64,000 nucleotides of DNA from Camelus ferus (Eukaryota). The translations under genes were made by a program, and so were the position numbers. A model generated the notes under the pieces. The model did not search any database and was not told the DNA's origin. It saw only the letters and a program-made list of their open reading frames with translations. The DNA lies in assembly GCF_009834535.1 (NCBI RefSeq), contig NC_045697.1, positions 62,126,001 to 62,190,000 on the forward strand, in the 5' to 3' direction. Below are positions 37,727-49,440 of the stretch, one piece after another; position 1 is the stretch's first letter, and every line of letters begins with the position of its first letter.

Positions 37727-37799
37727 AAAAAGCAAGAAATGGAAGTCACAGAGCTTGGCTTCAGTGAAGACTTAATTTCAGAAAACAACACTTGACAGT

Positions 37800-38360
37800 T
37801 GTGATACACAGAATTCTAAACTGACCATCCAGGATTTCCCACTCTAATCTCCAGGACTATAAAAATAATGAGATATCATGCCCCTGGTTATATGACCTGG
37901 CAAGAGAGATTTTGTGCATATAATTAAATTATTACTGATCAACTGACTTTGAGTTAATCAAAATGGAGATCATCCAGGTGAGTCGAGTCCAATCACATGA
38001 GCCCTTTGAAGGCAGAGTATTCTCTGGCTGACAGTAGAATAGAAAGTCAGAGAGATGTGAAGCACTGGAACGGTTCAGCAATGCCTTTGCTGGCCTTGAA
38101 CATGGAGGGGACCACAGGAAAGGAAAAGAGAGCTGTCCAGCCAATAGCCAGCAAAATGTGGGGACTTCAGTCTTACAACCACAGGAACTAAATTCTGCCA
38201 ACAATGTAAATGATCTTGGAAGTTGATTCTCCCCCCAGGCTCCCCAGATAAGAACCCAATCCAGCCCATACTTCCATTTCAGCCTAGGCAGAGGACCTAG
38301 TCAATCCCACAAACTGCTAAACTTGTGTTAATTTGTTAAGCAGCAGTAAAAAACTATATA
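37800..38360 (+). mobile_element. MaLR MLT1 (E-like) LTR
   Basis: TGTGATACACAGAATTCTAA...CTTACAACCACAGGAACTAAATTCTGCCAACAA...AATTTGTTAAGCAGCAGTA. Confidence 0.8.
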
Positions 38361-38925
38361 ACTACCATCCCCTCCATTATTAAGGCCAGAATGACAGGAC
38401 ATTTCCAAAGCATTTACTGGCTTTTCTTATTGAGGCTCTGCTTCATCAAATTCCTAAGGCATCCCTGCCCTGGCAATACTCAGCATGAAATTAATAATAT
38501 TTCTTATTTCTGGAAGAAAAGATGGAATTGAGAATTTATGAATATTTAACAAGTTACACTGAGATCTGCAAGCACCTTTTCCAAAAAGACAAATACTGAA
38601 ACAGGTGGAAAATGTAATGCTTGTGTGAGCATGGGAGACACCTGTCCACAAAAGTTGTGCCAGTTTGCTGTTCAATGCTGCTACTCCAGAGGAGAAGGGG
38701 ACTTAACTATGAACCTGCTTCAAATGGGGTGATTAAATTCAAGTTGGATGTTGACACTGGTCATCACTTCTGCTACCTAGGAGGTAATAAAAAGGGATAA
38801 AAACAGCCCCACCCCAACCCCTCTGAATCAGCCCCTGTTTGTGAGCAGAACCCTCTCTGTGTCCACTCTGCCCTTACAAGTGAAGGACTAGAAATATTTA
38901 GCCTTCTGGAAAAAAATGCATCTCA

Positions 38926-38939
38926 CCAGCAGGGGGCTG
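38926..38939 (+). promoter_or_regulatory. Candidate CTCF motif
   Basis: CCAGCAGGGGGCTG matches the CTCF core well, but this is a motif match only. Confidence 0.45.
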
Positions 38940-39669
38940 AAGCTAGTGTGAGGAATATTCAAACGTCATTTTCTATTCTTTGAGATAGAGAATTAAAGAG
39001 CAACAGAAAAACCCTTTAATGTCCTGGAACCTCTACCTTATCGCTTATCTTAAGGGAATGCGGAAGGAAAATCCCCAAACTTCAGTGGGTCCTCAAGCCA
39101 GCAACCATGAGACTGAAGAGCTCCCAGGGTGCAGAGGAGGCTGTGTTTTTAAAGAAGTTCCTGCTGTTCTCCCAGAGACCTTCCCATCTGGCTCAGAGTT
39201 TCAGCTGGTAAGTCCTGCAAGTTGGGCCAGAAAGGCCAGCCCTACACAAACAAGTTTCTATTCTGTCCCAGGTACCATTTTAACTTTATCCATGTTCACA
39301 TAGGGTTGTTATTTTTTTTTTAATGGAGGTGGTGGTGGGGCTCCTTGTAAAACTATTGAAACATTTTCAAACTTCAATCAAAGCTTAGGTATCTCTAATA
39401 TTCTCAGTGTGACCTGCAAAGACATTTAGCCCTAATGGCCACCAACAGAGCTACCTGTTCACCTTCCTCAGTACCCCGAGTCCTTCCAAAGACACGGAGG
39501 TGTCAAATGGAAAAGCAAAGACAAAGAAAAATGAAGCTGTGTTTACATAATTCGCCACAACCTAGTGAGAGGAAAATGTCCACCAATATTTTATTCTATC
39601 AGTTTTGACCTAAATCATTGGTTCAGCAATCCTGTGAAAACAGGAAGGAATGCACAGGAAATAACTGAA

Positions 39670-39835
39670 CAATAACATCTATTGAAGGTTGGCCCCAAGC
39701 ACTGTTCAAAGTGCTCTATGTGTGCTAGCTCGTTTAATGCCCCTACAACCTTGTAAGGTGGGTATGACTCATCCTCACATTATAGATAGGAAAACTGAGG
39801 CACAGAGAGGTTAAGTTACTTACTCAAGGTAAGCT
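39670..39835 (-). mobile_element. MIR SINE
   Basis: ATAGGAAAACTGAGGCACAGAGAGGTTAAGTTACTT. Confidence 0.7.
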
Positions 39836-42800
39836 AGAACATGCTGGAAACTGGAAAAAGAGAAGAAAGCGATTCCCACCCCACCCCCCAAATAGTCTGA
39901 AGAATGTATGGTAACTGATATGTCTGAGACAACAGAGAGCTAAGCAGAGGGACATGTACAGAGTTTTCATTCATTCATTCATGCAAGCATGCGTGCTCCT
40001 GTTGGGCTGAGTGCTGGAGATAGAGCAATAGTCGTAAGTCAGTTGTTAAAGCCAGTCTTTATCCTTAAGTTTGCACAGTCTGCTTGTGGGATTCAGTGCC
40101 GTGAAACTAAGATGGAGAATGAACCCATGTGGGGCCCCTCCGCTAGACCTGAGGGTTAGAGAAGATTCTTCCCATAAGCAATGTCTGAGCTGAGACCTGA
40201 AGGAGGAGCAAGGATCCTCTGGGGGTCAGAGCAGAACGCCTTAGCCCTTTGAGAAAGGTTTTCATCCCCTCTGAGACCCGAATGCTTTAGAAAATAGACC
40301 CCAAAAGAAGAGAAGATTCTGACAGCCAAATTCCAAATGAGCCCATTCTGAATTTATTTTTCCTCCTATCCTGAAAGCCCCAAGGGAAAGAGAAAGGGCT
40401 TCGTAAAGGCAGGATGGATGGACTGGGAAAGGCCAGAAGCTGGCATGTGATGTGCTTACTGGAAGGAAGGAAGCTCTGTGGGCAAGAGATGCTGTGGGGG
40501 AATGCAGCTCCAGGGTGTGGAGAATATGACAGACAAGAGTCCAGCAGGAGGCCCAGCAGGAAGGAACTAACTTTCTGGAGCAGAAAACGCAGAGGTTGCC
40601 ATGGGCAGGGGGGTCTCAGACAAACCTGGCCACAAAAGGCGGGAGTCCAGACTCGGCTGGGGTTCAGAAGCTCAACTCCCAGAAGGGAAACAGGCAAAGG
40701 AGGCAGAGTTCCATCAGAGAGAGAAAAACAGGGTCTTGGGAAGGAGGTGAATGCTCAGTCTCTCCGACTTCCAGAAAGAAGAAACAGCACACGGGAAGTC
40801 TAGCAAGGATGGCACATCCAGGGAAAAGAAGTGTTTCAGTCTGGCAGATCAGGGAGGTCAAAAGGAAAGGGTCAAGTGATGCAGCTGGAGGACAGGTCTT
40901 AAAGTGCCTTATAAAGAAAGATATAAGTCCAGCATTCTTCTCATCAACTGGGGGTGGTAAATCAGTATTTATTTGAGTATAAACCCTCTATTGACCAGAG
41001 CTGTTTCAAGAAGCCCAGATGAAGAATATTAAATGTTCTAATTGGTTTAATGCAGTTATACCTGATAATGGCTTTAATTCTGCCCCCAATGAGCTCTTCT
41101 TGCAAATGCTAGTGGTATAGAATTACATTAAGAATGTGACCTCAAAAGACTTAGACAATTTCTGAGAGGCACATGGAATTGGAAGGTGTCACTTTCCCAC
41201 AGTAAGCCACTCTTCTGGACTCTGGAATGTCCATCACCTCATTGTCATGGCTAAAGAGGTGGACGGTTCTTCCCACAGCCACGCCATTGCCACCATGAAG
41301 CCCCTCCTAGCACTCACTGCACGTCCACCAGGACACCTCAGCAGGGTCTGCTTCCCACCCTGGAGGCTGTGCCTCCACGAAAGTCCCCTGCCATGTGCTA
41401 AGCTGCTACCCGATTCCTGAGACCTGGGACCACTCACCGAGATTTCACTGAGGGCCAAGGAGACGCTAGGTCCTTTCTCTTAAAGTTGTATCCTCTGTCA
41501 CCTTTCTTGACTACTTCATCCCCAAGTCATTTTTTCTGCAGTAACAAAATCACTGGGGAACCTCCTCTGCCCACAAAGACCTTGACTTTCAAGCCAACCG
41601 CCAGTGCATTTCGTGGGCTTTCAGGACATTTTTGAGGACAAAATGTTCACCTTTAAACTTTGGAGAAAACCTAATAATGTTACTGCTCAAGAAGGCATGG
41701 GAATATACTAAAATGACCTGAGAGAATTCCACTCAACAAGAATCAAAAAGAAGAGGGGCTTACATTTCTCCAGTATTCCCTCTGTTCCGGCACATCACCA
41801 TTTCTCTCAAAAAGCAAGCAATTTTATTAAACATGAATGCTATGAGGCGGCACTAATGGGGGAGGTGGCTTGGCATGAAGGGATTTGAATTTGAACCTTG
41901 ATAGCTGTGGATTTTGACAATACTGGCATTAGCTTTTTATTGACCTAAGAAGCTGACACACCAGCTAGGTAGCTACATGGCAGAAGTAAATAAGGCAACA
42001 ATCATGTCCTTCGGGTATCAGCTTTTAAAAAAGTGAATCTTTAGCATCAGTGAAAGGAATGCTGTTACTCTAATCCCTTACCAAGCTTAAAAAAACAGCA
42101 TCAGTGAAAGAAAATATTACTCAACGTCTTAACATCCTAGCTGACCATCTGTTCAGAGGGAAGGAATCAATGCTCTCAGCATAAACATCCTCACAAACTT
42201 TCAAAGACACCTATGAAACACCTTCATGAACACAGTTTTACTCACAGGTACATTTGTGACTGAACTACTTATTCCCTGAAAATGTCTTATTCCTTCTGGT
42301 TTGATGTTCTCTCAGGCTTCTTACAACGATGAGGAGCCATTTTTTGTTTTTTATTTTTCTACTTTGCCAAGGTGAATAATGGAGCAGCTGGAAGATTAAT
42401 ACGGGGGCATCGCATCATTTACCACCAAATGATCATATCATTTCCCCCATAACAAAAAAGGATGGAGCCTAATTATGGAATAACCCAAAGAGATTTCTTC
42501 CTACGTGTTGTCACCAGAAGCAATGCTCTTTAATTTATTTTATAGAGGAATGTAAAGTAAAAAGTCTCTGTTAATTCAAAGTTAAAGTGTAAAATGAATT
42601 TTTAAGTCCCTAGAGGTTTAACAGCCTCACGTGACATATCTGCTCTAGCAAAGATCACAGCTTAAGCCTAAATTTTCTTTGCAACTGTGTATATTTGGAA
42701 GTTGGCTTATTATTTAGTGACCTTCTGAAATCTTGAAAGACTGTCAAATAAAAGAGCAGAATACAAGCAAGACCATCTTTCTCAGTAATCGCTCAGAGTT

Positions 42801-43253
42801 CTCAGTTATCGCTGTGCCCTGATGACTTACGATCAGGCCTAGAGGCACAGTCCAGCGTCACCTAGCTTTAAGTGACCTCTGGAGAGTCCTTCAAGTTCTG
42901 CCTCTAATATTGAATTTTATAGGCTATTAATGCCTTTTCAATTATATCATTAGCTGTTTCCCAGCATAGCTGTAGCTCTTTTAAGAGATCAGATACAGAA
43001 AGCTGATAAGAAATCAGTTTCTGTCCTTTATTAAACAGTAAGATTTTATCATTGAGGGACTTCACACCGAGAGAGAACAAACAACAAGGGCTTGTTCTAA
43101 GTCTGAGCCCTACAGTGTCTCTATAGCAATGTGCTGTGAGTACCAGGGAATCACCCCCTTCCCTTTCTAGAACTGTCCAAAAAGGATAGGCCCAGTTTTA
43201 TTAAGAATCAGCATGTCCAAAATCAAGTTGGTCACCTTCCCCCAACACAAACC

Positions 43254-43877
43254 TGTTACTGGGCAGGACCCTATGGGGCCTTCTCAGGAAAGACTACCCT
43301 CCTCCCCATGTCCTCCGCCTGCCTCTTGTCTGTAGAAAAACTTTAGCTTCCTAGGCATTCCCCAAGTTCCAAAGAATAAATTTAATCAGAGAAGTGAGAA
43401 AATGTAGAAAGAAAGGAAAACAGTCAATCAAGCAGCCAAAACAGTAATACTTTAGCCATTACTCAAAGTCAAGGACCTTTAGTTCCTCTTCAAGGGCTAT
43501 GGATAATATTCTGAGCCATGTCCTTTGCACTGTTTTGCAGACTGAAACCCCCACCAGGTGGAAGAAGTTAACTGCATGCCACCTACCAGCATGTAGACCT
43601 CAGACCAGCTGAAACCAGGTTGCTGATGTTGACTCCCAATTACCTCACCACCAACCAATCAGAAGAATGTCCACGAGCTGATCATGCTGCCCACAACCTC
43701 CCTCCCTCATCCTGTCTTTAAAAAGTCATCCGGGAGCTCAGGTCTTTTAAGCACTAGCTACCTGACTCCTTGCTTGACACCTGCAATAAACACAACACTT
43801 CTCTTCACCACCACCCAGTTGTCAGTAGATTGGCTTTATTGCGTGCAGGGGAGTGAACCCAAGTTTGGTTCCAAACA
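43254..43877 (+). mobile_element. Intact ERV1-class solo LTR (624 bp)
   Basis: TGTT...AACA termini; perfect 4-bp TSD AACC (43250-43253, 43878-43881); CCAAT 43655, TATA-like TTTAAAA 43717 and AATAAA 43785 in U3-R-U5 order. Confidence 0.85.
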
Positions 43878-44019
43878 AACCTGCTTTCGCAGCAGCTTTC
43901 ACCCGTCTCCCACGCAAGAAAGGTCGAGGTTTCTCTTGACTTCCTCTCACAGTGAGTTGCTTCCTAAAGCCTGTATATTCTACTTCTTAAAGATCTCTCA
44001 GTCATCCTTCCCCTCTGTT

Positions 44020-44150
44020 TAGGGTGACCACATGTCCCTGTTGTCAAGGATAATCTTGATTTATGCCTGTTGTCCCAGCATAATTATGAACAGTGCCCCC
44101 TTTTGCTGATAAAATTGTCCCAGAAGGACAAGAAATGATATGGTCCACCT
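44020..44150. mobile_element. hAT-Blackjack MITE (MER94-like)
   Basis: TAGGGTGACCA...TATGCCTGTTGTCCCAGCATAATTAT...ATGGTCCACC. Confidence 0.6.
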
Positions 44151-45619
44151 CCTCCCATCCTATTGCCACAACTTACTTCAAGCTCTCATGCATTCCTGCC
44201 TGGAGAGCAGTAGTAGTTGGCAGTAATGGACAGTAATAGCTGCTTCCCTTTGGTCCATTTACTTTTTAAACTTCTTAATTGAGTGCCAATTTTGTACCAG
44301 ATGCACTGTTGGCACCAGATTGAGCTTCCCTGTAAGGTTGTATAGTTTGCACACTATGCAAGGGCACCCAGCCCAGGAAGCGAGGCCGAAACTCAGCCCT
44401 CCCTCCACCTGCCAGGCCATGCAACTTGGGGGAGGCTAGGTCCTCTACTCTGGAGAAAGAGGTTGCTTCTTCTTGGATAAGGCTCCAACTGCTTACCAAG
44501 TCTTGCACCATCTGCATGGCATCTGCCCCCTGGGGGTGCTTTTTTTTTAATTCACAGAAAGGCACTGGAGAGGCTAAGGGCAGCCCCTGCACTGAGAAAA
44601 TTACATGCCCTCCAGTCCATCTCCATTTGAATCCATTTCCCTCCACTGTATCGACCTTCCTACACTGCAAACCTGATCTCGCCTCTCCCCTGCATCCTGT
44701 CAACTATAAGCTCCAGTCCAGAGTCCTGGGTGTGAATTGCGAAGCCTTTGGTCACCTGACATCTGCACTCTCTCCAGACTGATTTCTCCCCATTTCTTTC
44801 CAAACACACCTTGCTCACGCTGTGCTGGACTTTTTCTGTTTGCTGGAATGCGCCAAAATGGTTTCCACTGGCTTCATTCCTTTCTACATGCTGTTTATCT
44901 GGGCTGGGCTGATCATCTACCTGTCACCCCACCATCTGACAATCTGCTTACTGATGGTGATGAAGAAGGAAGCAGGAGAGGAGATAAAAAATGAGATGAT
45001 GATAAAGATAATAGATAACTACTGTAACAGGCAGTTGAATAGAACAACTTTTCCCTAGCCTGAAAATGACACTAGAAGCCAAAACTACAGGTGTGATGTG
45101 TCTCCACATTCTAAAAGAGCCACCAAGAACTGAAGCAGAATGTTCCTCAGTGCTAGATGGCCCTGCCTCCATCACCCCTGCCCAACAAATTAACCCCTAC
45201 TCCATGTAAGGAGGCTGGGGCAAGAAAGAGCCTCCCGGAGGATGCAGGGGTTTTCTCCACTCCCATGCCTGTCCTGGCTACCCACACAAAGGAGCCAAGT
45301 GATGGGGGAGAAACCAACATATTTGTGATGTTTTCAGCAAAGGGAGACAAACATTCCATTTTCCAGTTGGACATCTGCTGGGAAGGCCAGGCACAGAGGG
45401 ACACAGCAGGGCAGGCTGGGTGGCACCACGAGTTCCCAAGATGCCACTGAAGTTTGCTGGCTTGAGAAGTCTTGCAGATGTCCCACCAAGACGGGTCCTT
45501 GCCAGGTACAAGGACCCATCAGCAAAGGGTATTGGAGTGTACTATGGTTAGGGCAGGGGAATGCTGAGCTGAAGTAGGACAGAAGAGAAGGAGCTGGGGG
45601 GCAAATCTCTCATGTGTCA

Positions 45620-45990
45620 CTGTCCATCATCCAAAGACCACCAGGAACACACCTGTAGTCAAAGAAGTTGGGTTTATTACTCATTGTAGCAAGAGACAAT
45701 GGACTCCATATGGAACTGTTGGGTGTCTCAGTAAGAGTGTTGGAAAGAAAACAATTATGGGATTTGGGCTGTGGATGAGTAATTCTGGGAAAGGTCTAAG
45801 GAAGGAGGGGCTTACTCTAGATGGGGTGAATTCTGTGACTGAGTATCTCAATGAATCTTAATATCTACAGGGAAGGTGAAATTGATTAATATAAAGCTAC
45901 AGTTGCTAAAGTAGCAGTCCTGTTTAGTGAAGGAAGGAGGGTTCTTCGTATTTTGTGGGTGGCACCTTGTCTGAAGTGGGGAGGATCTTG
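45620..45990 (-). mobile_element. ERV1-class LTR (MER31-like)
   Basis: CCAAAGACCACCAGG...GTTGGGTTTATTACTCATTG...GGGTGTCTCAGTAAGAG. Confidence 0.6.
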
Positions 45991-45999
45991 CTCTTATGA

Positions 46000-46134
46000 C
46001 CCTCAAGGAAACCAACCCTGCTGGCACCTTGATCTTGGACTTCCACTCTCCAGAGCTGTGAGAAAATAAACTTCTGTTGTTTAAGCCACCCAGCCTGTGG
46101 TATTTTATTGTGGCAGCCTGAGCAAACTAACACA
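46000..46134 (+). mobile_element. MaLR (MLT1/MST) LTR 3' end
   Basis: CAACCCTGCTGGCACCTTGATCTTGGACTTCC...AATAAACTTCTGTTGTTTAAGCCACCCAG...AAACTAACACA. Confidence 0.8.
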
Positions 46135-46880
46135 GACCTATAACAAATAGAGATTGAATTAATAACCAAACAATTCCCACGAAGAAAAGCCCAGGCCCAG
46201 ATGGCTTCACTGGTGAAGTTTACTAAACATATGAAGAAGAAATCAATTCTTCACAAACTCTCTCAAAAAAGCAGAAGGTAAGGAAACACTTTCTAACTCG
46301 TCCTAAGAACCCACTATTACCCTGATGCAAAAACCAAAGACATCACAAGAAAACTACAGTCCAATGTCTCTTATGAATATAGATGTAAAAACCCTCAGCA
46401 AAATATTAGCAAATCACATCTATAAACATGTCAAAAAGGATCAGACATCATGACCGAGTGGGATCTCGCCCAGGAATGCAAGTTTGGTTTAACATTCAAA
46501 AATCAGTTAACATAATACAACATATCAACAGAATAAAATACATCTTTATGATCATCTCAATAGATGCAAAAAAGGCATTTGACAAAATACAATACTTCTT
46601 CATGATAAAAGCATTCAGCACACTGGAAATAGAAAGTAATTTCCTCAAGCTAATAAGACCATCTGTGGAAAACCCACAGCTACCATCTTACCAAATGGTG
46701 ACAGACCGAAAGCTTTCCCTCTAAGGTCAGGAACAAGGCAAGGAAGCCCACTCTCACCACTTCTATGCCACGTTACATCAGTAGTTCTAACCAGGGCAAT
46801 CAGGCAAGAAAAGGAAATAAAGGGCAGCCAGATTAAACAGGAAGAAGTAAAATTCTCTCTATTTGCGGATAACATATCCT
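46135..46880 (+). mobile_element. L1 ORF2 reverse-transcriptase region fragment (degraded)
   Basis: ORF 46428-46724 RIRHHDRVG..PGMQVWFNIQKS...MIISIDAKKAFDKIQ; AAAGCCCAGGCCCAGATGGCTTCACTGGTGAA. Confidence 0.9.
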
Positions 46881-47059
46881 GTCTCCACATCTCAGATCTT
46901 CGTCTCACCAGAACTAAAGCTGAATGGGTGACAATATTTTCTTTCTTGGAAGGAGGGAGTTTTCAGTTTTCTCTGTAAAGGCTCCATTTTCCTGCCTTTT
47001 CTCCTCCTTCTGAATAACCACATCTCTTCCTATTTTCAAGTTCTCCAGATTGGTGCCAT

Positions 47060-47485
47060 CACACACAGCCCAGGTACCCCCTTCAGTGATAAGACCCTGC
47101 TTGCTCTTCTACTTGCTGGGCAGTGAGGAGCCCATGCAAAGGGACTCTACTGTACCATGTGCTTGCATTCTTACTGCTGGCTCCAACACAGGGTTTGAAA
47201 AACTCTATAGGATATACCACCAGTGATGCAACTGCTGTCAGTGGCTGCCCCCATCCCCCCACCCTCCCCCACACAAAGCTCTGTAGAGCCTTGAGGGCTT
47301 CGTCTGGCTACAGAGCCCACCCTGCCGAGAGCTGACTTGATAAGCATCTTTATTGGCTGTCTTCCCTTCCTGCTCACTTCCCTACGCCTCTGCCCCAGAA
47401 GTGGTGTAGACATGACCTCTCTAGTAAACTACCTGCACTGGAATAGTCCTTGTCTCGGGTTCTTGAGAGCCTAAAACTATAACAG
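47060..47485 (+). mobile_element. Old ERVL LTR (LTR16/LTR33-like)
   Basis: TTATTGGCTGTCTTCCCTTCCTG...AGTAAACTACCTGCACT...CTTGTCTCGGGT...CTATAACA. Confidence 0.5.
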
Positions 47486-48901
47486 ATAGTCAAAGCTGGT
47501 CATGATATAAACTTAGTAGACCTTGACTAGTGAATTAATACACTGAAATAGAATAGGTAAAATCAGAGTGCACTCTGCATTTGTCTCAATTTGGGACTGT
47601 ACACCAGGTCATGTAAACTCTCACTGAGGGACAAAGGCAAGAATATTTAGGAAAACTCTGCTCTAAGGACTTTTCATTGTTTTATAAACAATTTTCATGT
47701 TAACATATGACCTTTTTAAAAAAAAGTGCCACTTTTCTAGGAGAGAAAAGTGCTATGATAAGGAGAGGCCAAAAATCAGCTTGGTTTTTTATTCTCTGAA
47801 TTTTGTGATTATTTAATTTTCAAAAAAAGTTTATAATAATTATCCTAGGAAGACTCTGGTGAGAGTGACATTTCTAAACTGCTGGTGGCATTGAGAACCA
47901 CACTTTGAGTTAGCAATCCTATAAATCCTTGGATCTATGCTAAGAAAAAAGAACTCAAAGAACTAAAATGCAACATGCAGAATTATGCACACTTCAGTGT
48001 TGTATGTTCAATAAAAATGAAAATAACTTAAAAGTCTGGATAGAAGGGACTCAAAGGGCCAATATTCTTGGGAAAAGGCTCTGAAATTGAGTTTGCAGAG
48101 TACTTTACAGAAAGACTGAGGAGGAATTGTCAGTTGCTTATATTAAAAACCTCACGGGATTACCAATGAAAATTGAGGAACTTTAGGGGGTCTCCATGGC
48201 ACCCCCAGGTGGGCTTAGTTCTCCGGAGAGGTTTGATGGAGGTCCAGCACCGTTTATTATAAATTGAGGACGATGACCAGCTCTCGCATGGATTCTGGTA
48301 CTCACACTTACACTTAAAACTTGACTTGGCATAAGAAAGCACAGAGGGAGGAGGCAGTTATGAGGTTCCAAAAAGAGGACTGGTTACGAACCATTTGTCC
48401 TTTTAGCTTGGCACCCATGACCACACCGGGCCGGTGGCCAGCGGGGACACAAAATCCCCATGGGGGGTTTGAAAAACGAACTGTTCTTAAAAGAGCTTCC
48501 CAAACCACAAAGTAATCAGTTTTCAGGTCTCCCAGACCCGCGGAGAATTTAATGGATTAAACGTGGGGTCATCTCAAAGTTGTTAAGAAGTATAAATATT
48601 CCGACTGGGAAAGGCGAGGGACCAGAGGGTGAGGGAGCCGTTCTCACTGCGGGCGATCCCCCAAGGACTGGGGTTGCAGCCCTCGGGAGCAGGGGCCGAG
48701 CAGGAGCCGGCGAGGTGCGTTCGGAGCCCTGAGACCCAGAGGCCCCCACCCCCGTGGCTGCCCCGCGGCTGCCCGGCCCGGCCCCGCCAGCAGGGGCGCG
48801 CTCGAGCGCCGCGGTCCCGGGAGAGGCGGCGCGGGCGAGGCGGCCACGCTCTCGTCGCCACGGGGTGTGGTTCCCGCGGTCCGGCCGGGCGGGGCACCGG
48901 G

Positions 48902-48965
48902 TTTAAAGGGCCGGCCGGAGGGCGCCGGCTCACTCGCGCTCCCGCCACCGCCACCACGGTTAGCC
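48902..48965 (+). promoter_or_regulatory. IGFBP7 core promoter and short 5'UTR: TATA-like TTTAAA (48902-48907) and Inr-like TCACTC (putative TSS ~48932)
   Basis: The only AT-rich hexamer in this GC-rich stretch lies 30 bp upstream of an Inr-like motif, which is 34 nt before the ATG. The TSS is inferred. Confidence 0.6.
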
Positions 48966-49440
48966 ATGGAGCGGCCGCCGCTGCCCGCCCTGCTCCTCGG
49001 CGCCGCCGGGCTGCTGCTCCTGCTCCTGCCCCTCTCCTCTTCCTCCTCTTCGGACGCCTGTGGCCCCTGCGAGCCGGCCGCCTGCCCGCCCCTGCCCCCG
49101 CGAGGCTGCCCGCTGGGCGAGACCCGCGACGCGTGTGGCTGCTGCCCGGTGTGCGCCCGCGGCGAGGGCGAGCCGTGCGGGGGCGGCGGAGCCGGCAGGG
49201 GGCACTGCGCGCCGGGCATGGAGTGCGTGAAGAGCCGCAAGAGGCGGAAGGGTAAAGCCGGGGCAGCAGCCGGCGGCCCGGTGGTGAGCGGCGTGTGCGT
49301 GTGCAAGAGCCGCTACCCGGTGTGCGGCAGTGACGGCATCACCTACCCCAGCGGCTGCCAGCTGCGCGCCGCCAGCCTGAGGGCCGAGAGCCGCGGAGAG
49401 AAGGCCGTCACCCAGGTCAGCAAGGGCACCTGCGAGCAAG
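48966..49440 (+). CDS. IGFBP7: Insulin-like growth factor-binding protein 7, coding exon 1 (signal peptide, IGFBP N-terminal domain, Kazal-like domain); 158 codons + 1 nt, phase-1 intron follows
   Basis: ATG at 48966 in a strong Kozak context (GCCATGG). Translation MERPPLPALLLGAAGLLLLLLPLSSSSSSDACGPCEPAACPP...RDACGCCPVCARGEGEPCGG...KSRKRRKGK...CVCKSRYPVCGSDGITYPSGCQLRAAS...VSKGTCEQ matches IGFBP7 (GCCxxC IGFBP motif, basic heparin-binding patch, Kazal PVCGSDGxTY). Similarity ends at the donor CAAG|GTGGGC at 49440/49441. Confidence 0.98.

Noticed and set aside
40287..40976. Overlapping 126-136 aa ORFs
   Set aside because: Low-complexity purine-rich sequence, no recognisable protein and no exon evidence.
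44520..44540. CTCF-like motif (CCCCCAGGGGGCAGA on the minus strand); also CCAGCAGGGGCGCG at ~48787
   Set aside because: Weaker or gapped matches that cannot be told from chance without a PWM scan or ChIP data.
48867..48965. 33-aa N-terminal extension of the IGFBP7 ORF shown in the ORF track
   Set aside because: Starts at a non-ATG codon upstream of the TATA-like box and inferred TSS; the supported start is the Kozak ATG at 48966.
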